The notes under the pieces are model-generated. The model was not told the origin of the DNA, ran no database searches, and saw only the letters and a program-made list of their open reading frames with translations. Shown here piece after piece: positions 7,871 to 18,173 of a stretch of 64,000 nucleotides of DNA (within the stretch, counting starts at the first letter, position 1; each line of letters begins with the position of its first letter). The translations under genes and the position numbers were made by a program. Source of the stretch: a bacterium. Lineage in GTDB: Bacteria; Bacillota; Clostridia; Christensenellales; CAG-138. The stretch spans positions 81,822-145,821 of the forward strand of contig JALFDW010000014.1 of assembly GCA_022778545.1 (NCBI GenBank), written 5' to 3'.

Positions 7871-8302
7871 TTATTTGAGCACGAGCGTTTCGGGCATCTG
7901 GGCAGCATTCTTGTGCTCAGGGCCGGCATAAATGCGGACCTTCTTGAGCATCTGGCGGCCGAGGGGGCCCTTGGGCATCATGCGGCGAATCGCTTCATAG
8001 ACGGCAAATTCCGGCTTGTTGTTGAGAAGATCGCGGTAAGTGGTCTCCTTCAATCCTCCGGGATAACCGGTGTGATGCTGGTACTTTTTCTGATCGAGCT
8101 TGCGGCCGGTCATCGTGACCTTGCCAGCGTTGATAATGATGACATGGTCGCCGGTGTCGCAATGCGGCGTATATATCGGCTTATGTTTTCCGCGAAGGAT
8201 AGCGGCTACTTGGGAAGCGAGACGGCCGAGCACCATTCCGTCAGCATCCACAACATACCACTTACGTTCGACGGTCTCGCCTTTTGCCATATAGGTTTTC
8301 AT
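7871..8302 (-). CDS. rplM: 50S ribosomal protein L13
   Basis: [46 protein letters not shown]. Confidence 0.97.
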   Translation of the reverse strand: MKTYMAKGETVERKWYVVDADGMVLGRLASQVAAILRGKHKPIYTPHCDTGDHVIIINAGKVTMTGRKLDQKKYQHHTGYPGGLKETTYRDLLNNKPEFAVYEAIRRMMPKGPLGRQMLKKVRIYAGPEHKNAAQMPETLVLK

Positions 8303-8445
8303 GGCGCGTCCTCCTAATGGTAAATGTATTTATTTGGGCGTGTTGTGCGCGGTTTGACGCTTCGCTGCCGGGGCTAGTGGCCGCAAATCACCGATCCTAG
8401 CAAACACACATTTGTTATTTTACCCAAGCCCTGCCCCCATGTCAA
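8303..8445 (-). promoter_or_regulatory. SigA-type promoter plus ~110-nt leader of rplM (possible L13 autoregulatory leader)
   Basis: On the minus strand: TTGACA (8445-8440), a 17-nt spacer, then TAAAAT (8422-8417). The long untranslated leader ends in an AGGAGG RBS. The leader fold was not verified. Confidence 0.5.
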
Positions 8446-8502
8446 GGGAATTTTCAGCATTTTCAGGGGTTTTTTCAAGTTTTTTCTCCGCGGTTTCCCG
8501 CT

Positions 8503-8964
8503 TTACCGCATATCCGGGAAACCGGCCTGGCGCAGCGCCTCATAGAGCACGATCGCCACCGAATTGGAAAGGTTCAGCGAGCGGCGGTCATTCAGCATGG
8601 GAATGCGCACAGCATCCGCCGCACGGCGCGTGAGCAGCGCTTCCCCAAGCCCCGCCGTTTCCTTGCCGAACACAAGAAAGTCGCCGTCCCGGTATTCCGC
8701 CTCCGCATAGTTGCGCACAGCATGCGTGGAAGCAAGAAAAAACCGCGCGCCCGGGTGCGCCGCCTCCACTTCCTCAAACGAATCGTAATACGTCACGTTG
8801 AGGTATTTCCAGTAATCGAGCCCGGCGCGCTTAAGGTGCTTGTCATCGGTTGAAAATCCAAGCGGGCGCACGAGATGCAGCGCAGCACCGGTCACGGCGC
8901 AGGTGCGGGAAATGTTGCCGGTGTTTTCCGGGATCTCCGGCTCAACGAGCACGATGTTGAACAT
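8503..8964 (-). CDS. trmL: tRNA (cytidine/uridine-34 2'-O)-methyltransferase TrmL (SpoU family)
   Basis: MFNIVLVEPEIPENTGNISRTC...IPMLNDRRSLNLSNSVAIVLYEALRQ closely parallels E. coli TrmL. Confidence 0.9.
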   Translation of the reverse strand: MFNIVLVEPEIPENTGNISRTCAVTGAALHLVRPLGFSTDDKHLKRAGLDYWKYLNVTYYDSFEEVEAAHPGARFFLASTHAVRNYAEAEYRDGDFLVFGKETAGLGEALLTRRAADAVRIPMLNDRRSLNLSNSVAIVLYEALRQAGFPDMR

Positions 8965-8999
8965 GGGCGGCTGTTCCTTTCGTTTTTCTGGCCTTCATC

Positions 9000-9027
9000 A
9001 TTTTATCATGCTCTCCCGCCGCGTCAA
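9000..9027 (-). promoter_or_regulatory. Candidate SigA promoter for trmL
   Basis: On the minus strand: TTGACG (9027-9022), a 16-nt spacer, then TAAAAT (9005-9000). Confidence 0.35.
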
Positions 9028-9075
9028 GCGATTTCTGCCTTTACCGGCGGGAGCGCATTTTTCTTTCGTTAATGC

Positions 9076-10209
9076 CTAATCCTCAAAGTTTGCGCGGAAC
9101 CGCAGCGCGCCATGCCGGAGCATCGTTTTACCGCGCGCAAGCACGGTGTCGATGGAAAGCGCATCATCGAGAAGGATCAGGTCGGCATCGCTGCCGGGCG
9201 CAATGCAGCCCTTTTGCGGATAAAGCCCAAGCGCCTTTGCAACGTTTCTCGTGCAGGGAGCAATAGCTTCTTCAAGCGGCAGCCCTTTATCCAGCACAAG
9301 GCTCTTTACCACCCCGTGCAGATTATCGATGCGGCCTGCGCCAATGCCGACCATTTCCTTCTTTTCGTTCCATATGGGGAAGCTTCCGTTGCCATCCGTG
9401 CTCATCGTAACAAGCCCTTCTGGCGCCCGTTCCAGCGCCCGCGCAACGATCTCCGCAGTTTCCGCATGTTCATTGCCGCAGGTGAAGTCCGCATAGCCGC
9501 CCATGTTTGCCCAGCGCATCGCAGCCTCAAACTTGCCGCCAAGGTGCGTCGGGCGAAGGTTGAAGATCGGAATCTCCGTCGTCTCCACGATGTCAAACAA
9601 CATGTCGAGCTCGGCTTTGCCGCTGCCCGTATGCAGATGCGTAATGCCCGGCTTTCCGGAGAGGATACCCGCCTGCCGTGCCTGCGAAGCAAGCCAGACA
9701 AGATCGCGCTTCTCCATGTTCATGCTGCGGTGATCGGAAATCGCGATCTTTACCCCGATGCATTCCCGGATCATCACAATATCCTTCTTGACGCTGCCAG
9801 TCACCGTAGGCGAAGGGAACTCGTACGCGCCCGTCAGGCAAAATGCCGTAAGCCCGATCTCGTTGAACGCTTTTGTTTTCGCAACGAGGCTTTCCACGCT
9901 GCGGGTCGTACCATCCGTGCCAAGCAGGCCCACTAGCGTCGTCACGCCCGCGCGCACGGGCGCGCTTGCCTTGAGCGGCGGCACCTGATTCGCGAAGCCG
10001 CCTTCCCCACCGCCGCCCGTGATGTGGGCATGCTGATCCAGGTAGCCTGGGATGCAGCGCATCCCTTCCGCGTCGATGATCTCCATCCCGGGGAACGAGC
10101 AGTCGATCTTTCGCGCTACCGTTTCGATCTTTTCTCCAGCAATGAGCAGTTCCGCATCGCGCCAGGCGCCATCCTGAAAAACGCGCGTGTTTTTCACCAG
10201 TGTGATCAT
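9076..10209 (-). CDS. iadA: Isoaspartyl dipeptidase (beta-aspartyl peptidase)
   Basis: PGYLDQHAHITGGGGEGGF...VGLLGTDGTTRS...LTGAYEFPSPTVTGSVKKD...ISDHRS matches the IadA pattern. The start was set at ATG 10209 (MITLVKN), which follows an AGGAGA RBS. Confidence 0.9.
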   Translation of the reverse strand: MITLVKNTRVFQDGAWRDAELLIAGEKIETVARKIDCSFPGMEIIDAEGMRCIPGYLDQHAHITGGGGEGGFANQVPPLKASAPVRAGVTTLVGLLGTDGTTRSVESLVAKTKAFNEIGLTAFCLTGAYEFPSPTVTGSVKKDIVMIRECIGVKIAISDHRSMNMEKRDLVWLASQARQAGILSGKPGITHLHTGSGKAELDMLFDIVETTEIPIFNLRPTHLGGKFEAAMRWANMGGYADFTCGNEHAETAEIVARALERAPEGLVTMSTDGNGSFPIWNEKKEMVGIGAGRIDNLHGVVKSLVLDKGLPLEEAIAPCTRNVAKALGLYPQKGCIAPGSDADLILLDDALSIDTVLARGKTMLRHGALRFRANFED

Positions 10210-10299
10210 ATGGTTTCTCCTTTGCATTTTGAAGGCTGGGTCTTCGTTTTCTAAGCCCAGCCTGTTTTTTACTTTCCCGCCGTGCATTTGAGGCACGGC

Positions 10300-11580
10300 T
10301 CAATAGAAGCTGCGGAAGAAGGCGTTGTTGCCATATGTGGCATAGTATTCTCTTTTATCTCCCCAGCTCGTCCCACGGCTGGCAGCGCGGAAAAAGAGCA
10401 CATCCTCCGGAAGGAAGGTGTCGCCATCGATGAAAATCTGCTTCACCGCTTCAATCGTTTTTTCTACCGGCTTAACGGAGCGGATCTCATCCTCATCGTT
10501 CGCTACCGTATACTGGTTCTTCTGGAAGATGATCCCCTCAATGGTACTCGGGTACTGCGGGGAAAGGTAGCGGTTATAGATCGTATTTGCAACTGCGGCG
10601 CGCGCTTCCACGGAAGTGCCCTTTGCCTCCTCCTGCACCACCTGTGCAATCAAAAGCAGTTCTGCTGCCGTAAAGCGCTTCGTGTCCGAAAAATAATCGT
10701 AGGGATTCGCCCAGGAAGAATTCCCGCCGGATGGGCTTGCGGCAGTCGTCGGCTTCGGCGTAGCTTCTGCTGTTGCGCTCGGTTTCGGTGTCGCGGTCGG
10801 CTTTGGCGTAGGCGTTGGCGGAGCGCCGAACTCCACAAATTCTGCCGAGATGAAACCCTTCTTGCTCCCATACTCCACGCGGTACCAATCGCCGGAACTT
10901 CCCGTAACGGTGATTTTCTCGTTCCGGCCAAGTTCCGTGATAATGTCGTATTTTGTGCCGGGGCCTTCACGCAGGTTTGCACTGCCCGCGCTCACATAAG
11001 CAGCCTTATCGTCCATGGACTTCACAGCAAAGCTCGGCTTCGGCGTTGGCGCAGTTCCATATTCCACAAACTCCGCAAGCACGAAACCCGTTTCATCCTC
11101 CGTCTGCACGCGGTACCATTCTCCCACTTTCCCCGTAACAATGAGCGGCTCAAGCTCAAGCAGTTCCTCCAGAATGGGATACTCTGTACCGGGGCCCTCG
11201 CGCAGGTTCGCACTGCCCGCATTGAGATACGCCTTTTTATCATCCACCGGTTCCACGGTATACGGCAAAGGCGACGGCGTTGCTTCCGCTTCTGGAGGCT
11301 CTGTGCCTTCAGGCGTTTCCGCAGGGAAAAGCTCCGGGGAGGATGTTGGCGTAAGCTCGTCCCCATCGCCCGGCAAAAGCACCGGATCCTCTGCGTCCGG
11401 CGTGCCCTCCGGCTGCGTGGAAAGCGGCTCTTCCGCAGGCGGCGCAGGCGTCTCTGAGGGCAGCATAATATCCATGCCCTCCTCTGCACAGAGCACAACG
11501 TTCGCCGTCGCTGCAACCTCCGCACATCCTGCCGCGCACAGCAGTAAAAGCGTTATCAAAATGCAAAGCGTTCGTCTCAT
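10300..11580 (-). CDS. Lipoprotein with two SH3b domains and a C-terminal SleB-type cell-wall hydrolase domain
   Basis: Lipobox LLCAAGC. Two copies of the YLNAGSANLREGPGT...WYRV pattern (SH3b). The C-terminus LLLIAQVVQEEAKGTSVEARAAVANTIYNR...FQKNQY is SleB/CwlJ-like. The start was set at 11580. Confidence 0.85.
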   Translation of the reverse strand: MRRTLCILITLLLLCAAGCAEVAATANVVLCAEEGMDIMLPSETPAPPAEEPLSTQPEGTPDAEDPVLLPGDGDELTPTSSPELFPAETPEGTEPPEAEATPSPLPYTVEPVDDKKAYLNAGSANLREGPGTEYPILEELLELEPLIVTGKVGEWYRVQTEDETGFVLAEFVEYGTAPTPKPSFAVKSMDDKAAYVSAGSANLREGPGTKYDIITELGRNEKITVTGSSGDWYRVEYGSKKGFISAEFVEFGAPPTPTPKPTATPKPSATAEATPKPTTAASPSGGNSSWANPYDYFSDTKRFTAAELLLIAQVVQEEAKGTSVEARAAVANTIYNRYLSPQYPSTIEGIIFQKNQYTVANDEDEIRSVKPVEKTIEAVKQIFIDGDTFLPEDVLFFRAASRGTSWGDKREYYATYGNNAFFRSFY

Positions 11581-11590
11581 TGCGGTTGGG

Positions 11591-12973
11591 TCAGAGGATG
11601 AATTTCTCAAGATCCTCCCCGTCGAACTCGTCCGACAGATGCTCCTTTACATAGTTTTCATCCACAACGACCTTGATGAGCGGGTGCTCACCGCTGGCGT
11701 TGAAGGAAATATCATCCAAAACGGTCTCCATGATGGTATGCAGCCTGCGCGCGCCGATGTTCTCGCTGCTTTCGTTAGCACGGTGCGCATAATGCGCAAT
11801 GGCAGAGAGCGCATCATCCGTGAACTGCAAAGCGATGTTATCCGTTTCAAGCAGCGCGGCATATTGCTTCGTGATGGCGTGCTCGGGCTGGGAAAGGATG
11901 CGTTTGTAGTCCTCCTCCGTGAGCGGAGCAAGCTTCACGCGGATTGGGAAGCGCCCCTGCAATTCCGGAATAAGGTCAGATACCTTGGAAACGTGAAACG
12001 CTCCCGCAGCGATAAAGAGGATAAAGTCCGTCTTCACCGGGCCATATTTCGTGTTCACCGTGCAGCCTTCCACGATGGGAAGAATGTCCCGCTGCACACC
12101 CTCGCGGGAAACATCCGGCCCCGAGCCGTGCTGTGCGCCCGCGATCTTGTCGATCTCATCGATGAAAATGATGCCGTCCTGCTCCGCCTTTTCTATGGCC
12201 TCGCGGATCACATCGTCCATGTCGATCAGCTTTTCGGATTCCTCCTGTATCAGGATGCGCCGTGCTTCGCGCACTTTGACGCGGCGGTGCTTCTTCTGTT
12301 TCGGAATGAGCCCGCCCATCATTTCATTCAGGTTGATGTCAATTCCAAGGGCAAGCATGGCGTCGCTTCCCGTGCTGTTCTGTTCGACTTCGACCTCAAC
12401 AAGTTCTTCTTCCAACTGCCCTGCACGGAGCTGTGCGGCGACTTCCTCCCGCCGTGTGCGGTGCTGTGCCTTTTCTTCCTCCGTCTCGGCCGGTTCGCTG
12501 ATTGGCTGCCCTCCGCCGAGCAGGAGCTGAAGCGGGTTCACGGGCGCAGACGCACGCTTCTGTGCACCCGGCACAAGCAGGTCGATCAGCCGCTCGTTCG
12601 CCGCGGTTTCCGCAACGATGCGCACAGCCGCCATGCGTTTATCCTTGCAGAGGCGGATCGATGCTTCAACAAGGTCGCGGATCATGGAGTCCACATCCCG
12701 CCCCACATAGCCGACTTCCGTAAACTTCGTGGCCTCCACCTTCACAAGCGGCACATCCACAAGCTTTGCAAGCCTCCGTGCGATCTCGGTTTTGCCGACG
12801 CCCGTGGGGCCCATCATGATGATGTTCTTCGGCGTGATCTCCTCCCGGAGCTCGGGCGCAAGGCGGCTCCTGCGGTAACGGTTGCGCAGCGCGACCGCCA
12901 CGGCGCGTTTCGCCTCATCCTGGCCGACGATATAACGATCAAGCGATTCAACGATTTCACGCGGTGTAAGCAT
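11591..12973 (-). CDS. hslU: ATP-dependent protease ATPase subunit HslU
   Basis: LTPREIVESLDRYIVGQDEAKRAVAVALRNR...MMGPTGVGKTEIARRLAK. Confidence 0.95.
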   Translation of the reverse strand: MLTPREIVESLDRYIVGQDEAKRAVAVALRNRYRRSRLAPELREEITPKNIIMMGPTGVGKTEIARRLAKLVDVPLVKVEATKFTEVGYVGRDVDSMIRDLVEASIRLCKDKRMAAVRIVAETAANERLIDLLVPGAQKRASAPVNPLQLLLGGGQPISEPAETEEEKAQHRTRREEVAAQLRAGQLEEELVEVEVEQNSTGSDAMLALGIDINLNEMMGGLIPKQKKHRRVKVREARRILIQEESEKLIDMDDVIREAIEKAEQDGIIFIDEIDKIAGAQHGSGPDVSREGVQRDILPIVEGCTVNTKYGPVKTDFILFIAAGAFHVSKVSDLIPELQGRFPIRVKLAPLTEEDYKRILSQPEHAITKQYAALLETDNIALQFTDDALSAIAHYAHRANESSENIGARRLHTIMETVLDDISFNASGEHPLIKVVVDENYVKEHLSDEFDGEDLEKFIL

Positions 12974-13507
12974 TTATACTTCCTCCATGGTGATGTTGCC
13001 GTTGGTGAATATGCAGATGTCCGAAGCGATGCGGAGCGCCTTCTCCGCGATTTCCGCCGCAGAAAGCTCCGTATTCTCCCGGAGCGCCTTTGCAGCCGCA
13101 AGCGCGTACATGCCGCCGGAGCCGATGGCAGCAATGCCGTCATCCGGGTCGATCACCTCACCCGTGCCGGAAACGATCAGGAGTTCTTCCGAATCCGCGG
13201 CAATGAGCATGGCCTCAAGCTGCCGCATGGCCTTGTCGCTGCGCCAATCCTGCGCAAGCGATACGGCGGCCCGGCGAAGGCTGCCGCTGTATTGTTCCAG
13301 CTTCGCCTCAAAGCGCTCCGAGAGAGAGAACGCATCCGCAACGGAGCCTGCAAAGCCCACGACCACGCGGTTGTGATACAGCCTCCGCACCTTTTTCGCA
13401 TGCGCCTTCATCACGGTCTTTTCGCCAAGCGTCACCTGGCCGTCACCCGCCACGGCGCATTTTCCGTCCCGGCGGACGGCCACGATCGTCGTTCCCATCA
13501 AACCCAT
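12974..13507 (-). CDS. hslV: ATP-dependent protease subunit HslV
   Basis: [28 protein letters not shown]...[10 protein letters not shown]. The start was chosen at 13507, which has an AAGGGA RBS. The track start at 13534 lacks an RBS. Confidence 0.9.
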   Translation of the reverse strand: MGLMGTTIVAVRRDGKCAVAGDGQVTLGEKTVMKAHAKKVRRLYHNRVVVGFAGSVADAFSLSERFEAKLEQYSGSLRRAAVSLAQDWRSDKAMRQLEAMLIAADSEELLIVSGTGEVIDPDDGIAAIGSGGMYALAAAKALRENTELSAAEIAEKALRIASDICIFTNGNITMEEV

Positions 13508-13617
13508 AACAGTTTTCCCTTTCCGCTTCACCATTTACGCCGCAATTGGCTGTTTATTTGCATTTATAATAGCACAATTTGCGCCGCATACGGCGTTTTT
13601 GCCACATGCTTTACAGT

Positions 13618-14925
13618 TTATTTGCAATCTTTCACGATTTTGCCGATCCATTCGAGCGAGCGTTCCGCAATGCGCGTATAGCGTTCCTGCTTGTTACGCG
13701 GCGGGTTCGAAATCCCCTCGATAATGCCGAAGCTGATGTTCATCGGTTGGAAATCCTTCCCGGAATACCCGGAAACATAGTGCCCGAGCGCGCCGAGCGC
13801 CGTGCGCGCGGTAAAATCCACGCGCGGCCTGCCAAGCAGCTTGTGCGCAAGGTCGATCCCCGCCACCATTCCGCTTGCGGCGCTTTCGATATAGCCTTCT
13901 ACCCCGGTGATCTGCCCGGCGAAGTACAGCCCCTCGCGCGCCTTTACCTGATACCATGGGTCCAGCTTCCCGGGCGAATTGAGGAAGGTGTTGCGGTGCA
14001 TTACGCCATAGCGCACGAATTCCGCGTTCTGAAGCCCCGGGATCATACCGAATACCCGGCGCTGCTCGCCGAACTTCAGGTTCGTCTGGAAGCCCACGAT
14101 GTTGTAAAGCGTACCGGCAGCGTCATCCTGCCGCAGCTGCACAACCGCAAAGGGCCGCTCTTCCATACGCGGGTCATAAAGGCCGACAGGCTTAAGCGGT
14201 CCAAAGGCAAGCGTCATGTCTCCGCGCTTTGCCATGACCTCCACAGGCATGCAGCCTTCAAACACCTTCGGCGTTTCAAACGCATGCAGTTCCGCCGTTT
14301 CCGCTGCCACAAGCGCGTGCACGAACGCGAAATATTCCTCCCGCGTCATTGCGCAGTTGAGATAATCGCTGCCGCCGCGATCGTAGCGCGAGGCTTCAAA
14401 CACACGGGACATATCGAGCGATTCTTTTGTGACTACGGGCGCAGCCGCATCATAAAAGTGCAGCCCCTCCCCCAGGAAGGCTTCGATGCTCTGGAGCAGC
14501 GCGCCATCCGTCAGCGGCCCCGTCGCGACGATGGCAGGCGGTTCCGGCAGCGTTTCCGCCTCCGCCTCCACCACGGTGATATTCGGGTGGTTCCGGATGC
14601 GCTCCGTCACAAGGCGGGCAAAGCCCTGCCGGTCCACCGCAAGTGCGCCGCCTGCGGGCACGCGCGTTTCATCCGCCGAGGACACGATAAGCGAGCCCAT
14701 GCGCCGCATCTCTTCCTTCAAAAGCCCCGCGCCGTTTTGCAGCCGGTCAGAACGCAGGGAATTCGAGCAGACGAGTTCCCCGAAAAGGTCCGTTTTGTGT
14801 GCGGGCGAACGCCGGAGCGGGCGCATTTCCACGAGCGAAACAGCGATGCCGCGTTCAGCAAGCTGAAACGCGGCTTCACATCCCGCAAGCCCGGCGCCAA
14901 GCACCGTAACGCGGTCATTCTTCAT
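13618..14925 (-). CDS. trmFO: Methylenetetrahydrofolate--tRNA-(uracil-5-)-methyltransferase TrmFO
   Basis: MKNDRVTVLGAGLAGCEAAFQLAERG...GQITGVEGYIESAASG. The ATG at 14925 is 7 nt after GAGGAG and overlaps the topA stop. Confidence 0.93.
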   Translation of the reverse strand: MKNDRVTVLGAGLAGCEAAFQLAERGIAVSLVEMRPLRRSPAHKTDLFGELVCSNSLRSDRLQNGAGLLKEEMRRMGSLIVSSADETRVPAGGALAVDRQGFARLVTERIRNHPNITVVEAEAETLPEPPAIVATGPLTDGALLQSIEAFLGEGLHFYDAAAPVVTKESLDMSRVFEASRYDRGGSDYLNCAMTREEYFAFVHALVAAETAELHAFETPKVFEGCMPVEVMAKRGDMTLAFGPLKPVGLYDPRMEERPFAVVQLRQDDAAGTLYNIVGFQTNLKFGEQRRVFGMIPGLQNAEFVRYGVMHRNTFLNSPGKLDPWYQVKAREGLYFAGQITGVEGYIESAASGMVAGIDLAHKLLGRPRVDFTARTALGALGHYVSGYSGKDFQPMNISFGIIEGISNPPRNKQERYTRIAERSLEWIGKIVKDCK

Positions 14926-17026
14926 TGTCATTCTCCTCGTTTGCCTTGCGGTTCGAACGCACCACAAAGCCGCACTCCTTGTTTGTGCACATCGTATATG
15001 CGCCATGCTGACCGATCTTGTTCACCATCAGTGAGCCGCATTGCGGGCACTTGTCCTTCGCGGGCTTATCCCAGGATACGAAGTCACATTCCGGATATCG
15101 CTCGCAGCCGTAGAACGGCTTGCCGCGTTTGGATTTGCGTTTGATGAGCGCCGCGCCGCATTTGGGGCATGGCACGTCGATCTTTTCCACGATTGCCTTC
15201 GTGTTGCGACATTCCGGGAAATTGGGGCACGCGAGGAACTTTCCGAAGCGCCCCATTTTGTAAACCATCATTGCGCCGCACTTTTCGCACTGCACATCGG
15301 AAACTTCGTCCGGCACGACCACCTTTTCGATCGTCGCGGATGCCTTCTCCACGCTTTCCTCAAACGGGCCGTAAAACTCGCGGATAACCTCTGTCCACTC
15401 CTGCTCGCCGTCTTTGATCAGGTCGAGCTTGCTCTCCATGTCCGCCGTGAACTTCACATCCACGATGTCCTCAAAATTATCCTTCATCAGCTGGGTCACG
15501 ATAAAGCCAAGCTCCGTAGGAACAAGCTGTTTCTTTTCGCGCCGTACATAGCCGCGCTCAAGGATGGTGGAAATCGTGGGCGAATAGGTGCTCGGCCTGC
15601 CGATGCCGCGCTCCTCCAAAGTCTTTACGAGCGTCGCCTCCGTGTAGCGCGGTGGCGGCTGCGTGAATTTCTGTTCCTTATCCAGTTTCTGCGCAGCAAG
15701 CATCTCGCCAACGGGGAGTTCCGGGAGCGCAACGTCCTTTTCCTGCGCTTCGTCCTTGCCCTCTGTATAAACAGCGGTATAGCCATCGAAGATGGTGCGC
15801 ACGCCGTTGGCGCGGAACGTGCAGCCGCCCGCGTCAAAGGTGATGGTGTTCGTTTCAAACACAGCAGGCATCATCTGGCTTGCGAGGAAGCGTTCATAAA
15901 TGAGCTTATACAGCTTGAACTGCTGGTTCGTAAGCGATGCCTTCACCGCCTGCGGCGTAAGCGCCACGTTTGCGGGGCGAATGGCCTCGTGCGCATCCTG
16001 CGCGCCCTTGCGCCCTTTGAACACGTTCGGCTTCGCGGGAACGTACTTTTCGCCATACTGGGTTTTGATCTCCGCAAGCGCCTGCTGCTGCGCTTCTTCC
16101 GCGATGCGCACCGAGTCGGTACGCATGTAGGTGATGAGGCCCGTCGCGCCTTTACCCGCGAGGTCGATGCCTTCATAAAGCTGCTGTGCAACGAGCATGG
16201 TGAGCTTTGCCGTGAAGCCGAGCTTGCGCGAGGCTTCCTGCTGCATGCTGCTCGTCGTAAACGGCGCGGGAGCGTTGCGCACCTTTTCGGCGACCTTCCG
16301 GTCCGTCACGGTAAATTCGCCTGCGCTGGCACGGGCGATCACCGCGTCCGCATCCGCTTCATTGTGCAGCTCGGCCTTTTTTCCGTCGAACCCGTAAAAC
16401 TTCGCTTCGATGGGTTTGCGCGCGCCCTTATGTTTGAGCGTTGCGGAAACCGTCCAATACTCATCGCTGACGAAATCCATGATCTCCTGCTCACGGTCGC
16501 AGATGATGCGCGTCGCGACGGACTGCACACGCCCGGCGGAAAGCCCTTTGCGCACCTTCGCCCAGAGAATCGGGCTGATCTTATAGCCAACGAGCCTGTC
16601 AAGCACGCGGCGCGCCTGCTGCGCATCCACAAGGTCCATGTTGATCGTACGCGCGGCCTTTACGGATTTTTTGACCGTGCCGGATGTGATCTCGTTGAAC
16701 ACGATGCGGCACTTTGTGTTCGTATCGAGCTTCAGGATCTGCGCAAGGTGCCAGGAGATCGCTTCCCCTTCCATATCAGGGTCGGTTGCAAGGTAGACGG
16801 TCTTCGCATTTTTCGCTTCCTTGCGGATACGCTCAAGCACATCACCCCTGCCGCGCAGCGTGATGTACTTTGGTGCAAAATCGTGCTCGACGTCCACGCC
16901 GAGCTGGCTTTTGGGAAGATCGCGCACATGGCCGTTGGATGCGATGACCTTATAGCCCTTCCCTAAAAATTTGCCGATCGTTTTCGCCTTTGCAGGCGAC
17001 TCCACGATCACAAGATTTTCGGACAT
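14915..17026 (-). CDS. topA: DNA topoisomerase I
   Basis: A TOPRIM N-terminus (LVIVESPAKAKTIGKFLG), the YMRTDS active-site region, and C-terminal zinc ribbons (CxxC x3). Confidence 0.97.
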   Translation of the reverse strand: MSENLVIVESPAKAKTIGKFLGKGYKVIASNGHVRDLPKSQLGVDVEHDFAPKYITLRGRGDVLERIRKEAKNAKTVYLATDPDMEGEAISWHLAQILKLDTNTKCRIVFNEITSGTVKKSVKAARTINMDLVDAQQARRVLDRLVGYKISPILWAKVRKGLSAGRVQSVATRIICDREQEIMDFVSDEYWTVSATLKHKGARKPIEAKFYGFDGKKAELHNEADADAVIARASAGEFTVTDRKVAEKVRNAPAPFTTSSMQQEASRKLGFTAKLTMLVAQQLYEGIDLAGKGATGLITYMRTDSVRIAEEAQQQALAEIKTQYGEKYVPAKPNVFKGRKGAQDAHEAIRPANVALTPQAVKASLTNQQFKLYKLIYERFLASQMMPAVFETNTITFDAGGCTFRANGVRTIFDGYTAVYTEGKDEAQEKDVALPELPVGEMLAAQKLDKEQKFTQPPPRYTEATLVKTLEERGIGRPSTYSPTISTILERGYVRREKKQLVPTELGFIVTQLMKDNFEDIVDVKFTADMESKLDLIKDGEQEWTEVIREFYGPFEESVEKASATIEKVVVPDEVSDVQCEKCGAMMVYKMGRFGKFLACPNFPECRNTKAIVEKIDVPCPKCGAALIKRKSKRGKPFYGCERYPECDFVSWDKPAKDKCPQCGSLMVNKIGQHGAYTMCTNKECGFVVRSNRKANEENDNEE

Positions 17027-17060
17027 TCCGTTACCTCCGGTATATCGTTGCTCAAACGCA

Positions 17061-18173
17061 TTATATACTATATACCCTTCCGGGCGATTGTTTAATTATT
17101 CCCGAAAATTCCATCTCTGTCAAGGAAGAATTCAAAAGCGGGACGGAAAGCCCCGTCAATTCACACAATTCGTCAAAGCTCCGCTCACTTGCAAGGAGCA
17201 GCCTGCGAATGAGCGCCTGTTCCAGCGGGAGATCCTCCGGCTCGGGCACGGCACGCGCTTTCACCGCATGCATGCCGCCGTATTCTTCCAAAATGTCCTC
17301 TGCGGAAACCGTAAATTTCGCCTGCCCTTCCCGGAGAAGCGCATTCGTGCCTTCGCTCTTTTCATCCGTAACGCGGCCGGGGAGCGCAAACACGTCCCGC
17401 CCCTGTTCCAACGCACAGTCCACGGTGATGAGCGTTCCGCTTTTCGCCGCGGCTTCCACCACGAGCACCCCGCGCGAAAGCCCGCTGATGATGCGGTTGC
17501 GCATAGGGAAGTTGGAAGAAAAAGCCTTCGTGCCGGGCAGAAATTCCGAAACCACCGCACCGCGCGCAACGATCTTCTCATACACATCGCGGTTTGCGGC
17601 AGGATAGATCACATCCGCGCCGCAGCCAAGCACAGCGATCGTAGGATATGGGTTGTCCTCTGCAGCAAGCGCGCCGAGCGCCGCAATGCAGTCCACACCG
17701 TAAGCAAGGCCCGAAACGATACATGCGCCGCTTTCCGATAGTGTGCGGGAAAGCGCATGCGCCATCTTTCTCCCGTATTCCGTCGGCGTGCGGGAGCCTA
17801 CCACTGCGATAGGAAGCGCAGGTTCCGCAAGTAGCGTGCCGCGGTAATAGAGCACCGGCGGCGGGTCGTAGATTTCTTTAAGCAAAGCAGGGTATTCCGG
17901 CGATTCCAACGCGGCGGCGGAAACATCCAGCTCCAACAGGCGCTTGAAGCAGCCGTCCAGGAACCGCTCGTTCGCGCTCGCGCAGAGTTTTTCCACAAGC
18001 GCGCTCTTCAAGCCACATTCCGGCGGAAGGTCGTGCCGGCCGGCCGCCTCATATGCGGCGCGTGCATCCCCATCAAACGCCGCAAGGATGCGGCCATAAC
18101 GCTTCGCACCGGGCCCGAGCGCAAAGCCGAGCCAAAGCAGATATCGTTCCCGTTCGCTGTAGTCCCGCTTCAT
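17061..18173 (-). CDS. dprA: DNA-processing protein DprA
   Basis: GLAYGVDCIA...FPMRNRIISGLSRGVLVVEAAAKSGTLITVDCALEQGRDVFALPG. Confidence 0.92.
   Translation of the reverse strand: MKRDYSERERYLLWLGFALGPGAKRYGRILAAFDGDARAAYEAAGRHDLPPECGLKSALVEKLCASANERFLDGCFKRLLELDVSAAALESPEYPALLKEIYDPPPVLYYRGTLLAEPALPIAVVGSRTPTEYGRKMAHALSRTLSESGACIVSGLAYGVDCIAALGALAAEDNPYPTIAVLGCGADVIYPAANRDVYEKIVARGAVVSEFLPGTKAFSSNFPMRNRIISGLSRGVLVVEAAAKSGTLITVDCALEQGRDVFALPGRVTDEKSEGTNALLREGQAKFTVSAEDILEEYGGMHAVKARAVPEPEDLPLEQALIRRLLLASERSFDELCELTGLSVPLLNSSLTEMEFSGIIKQSPGRVYSI

Noticed and set aside
10300-11580. The SH3b/hydrolase genes (also 45306-46469) as phage endolysins marking a prophage.
   Set aside because: No capsid, tail, terminase, holin or integrase genes are present. 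The lipoprotein or secretion signals and the sporulation-gene context point to host wall-remodelling enzymes.
11015-13681. An 888-aa plus-strand ORF, plus similar giants at 20750-23989 (1079 aa), 15041-16966 (641 aa), 13579-15144 (521 aa), 24812-26317 (501 aa) and 10282-11457 (391 aa).
   Set aside because: All lie antisense to genes with unmistakable homology (hslUV, the GT-C protein, topA, trmFO, rbgA/rnhB). All are Arg/Ala/His/Gly-rich low-complexity translations and lack an RBS. This is the usual open antisense frame of high-GC DNA.
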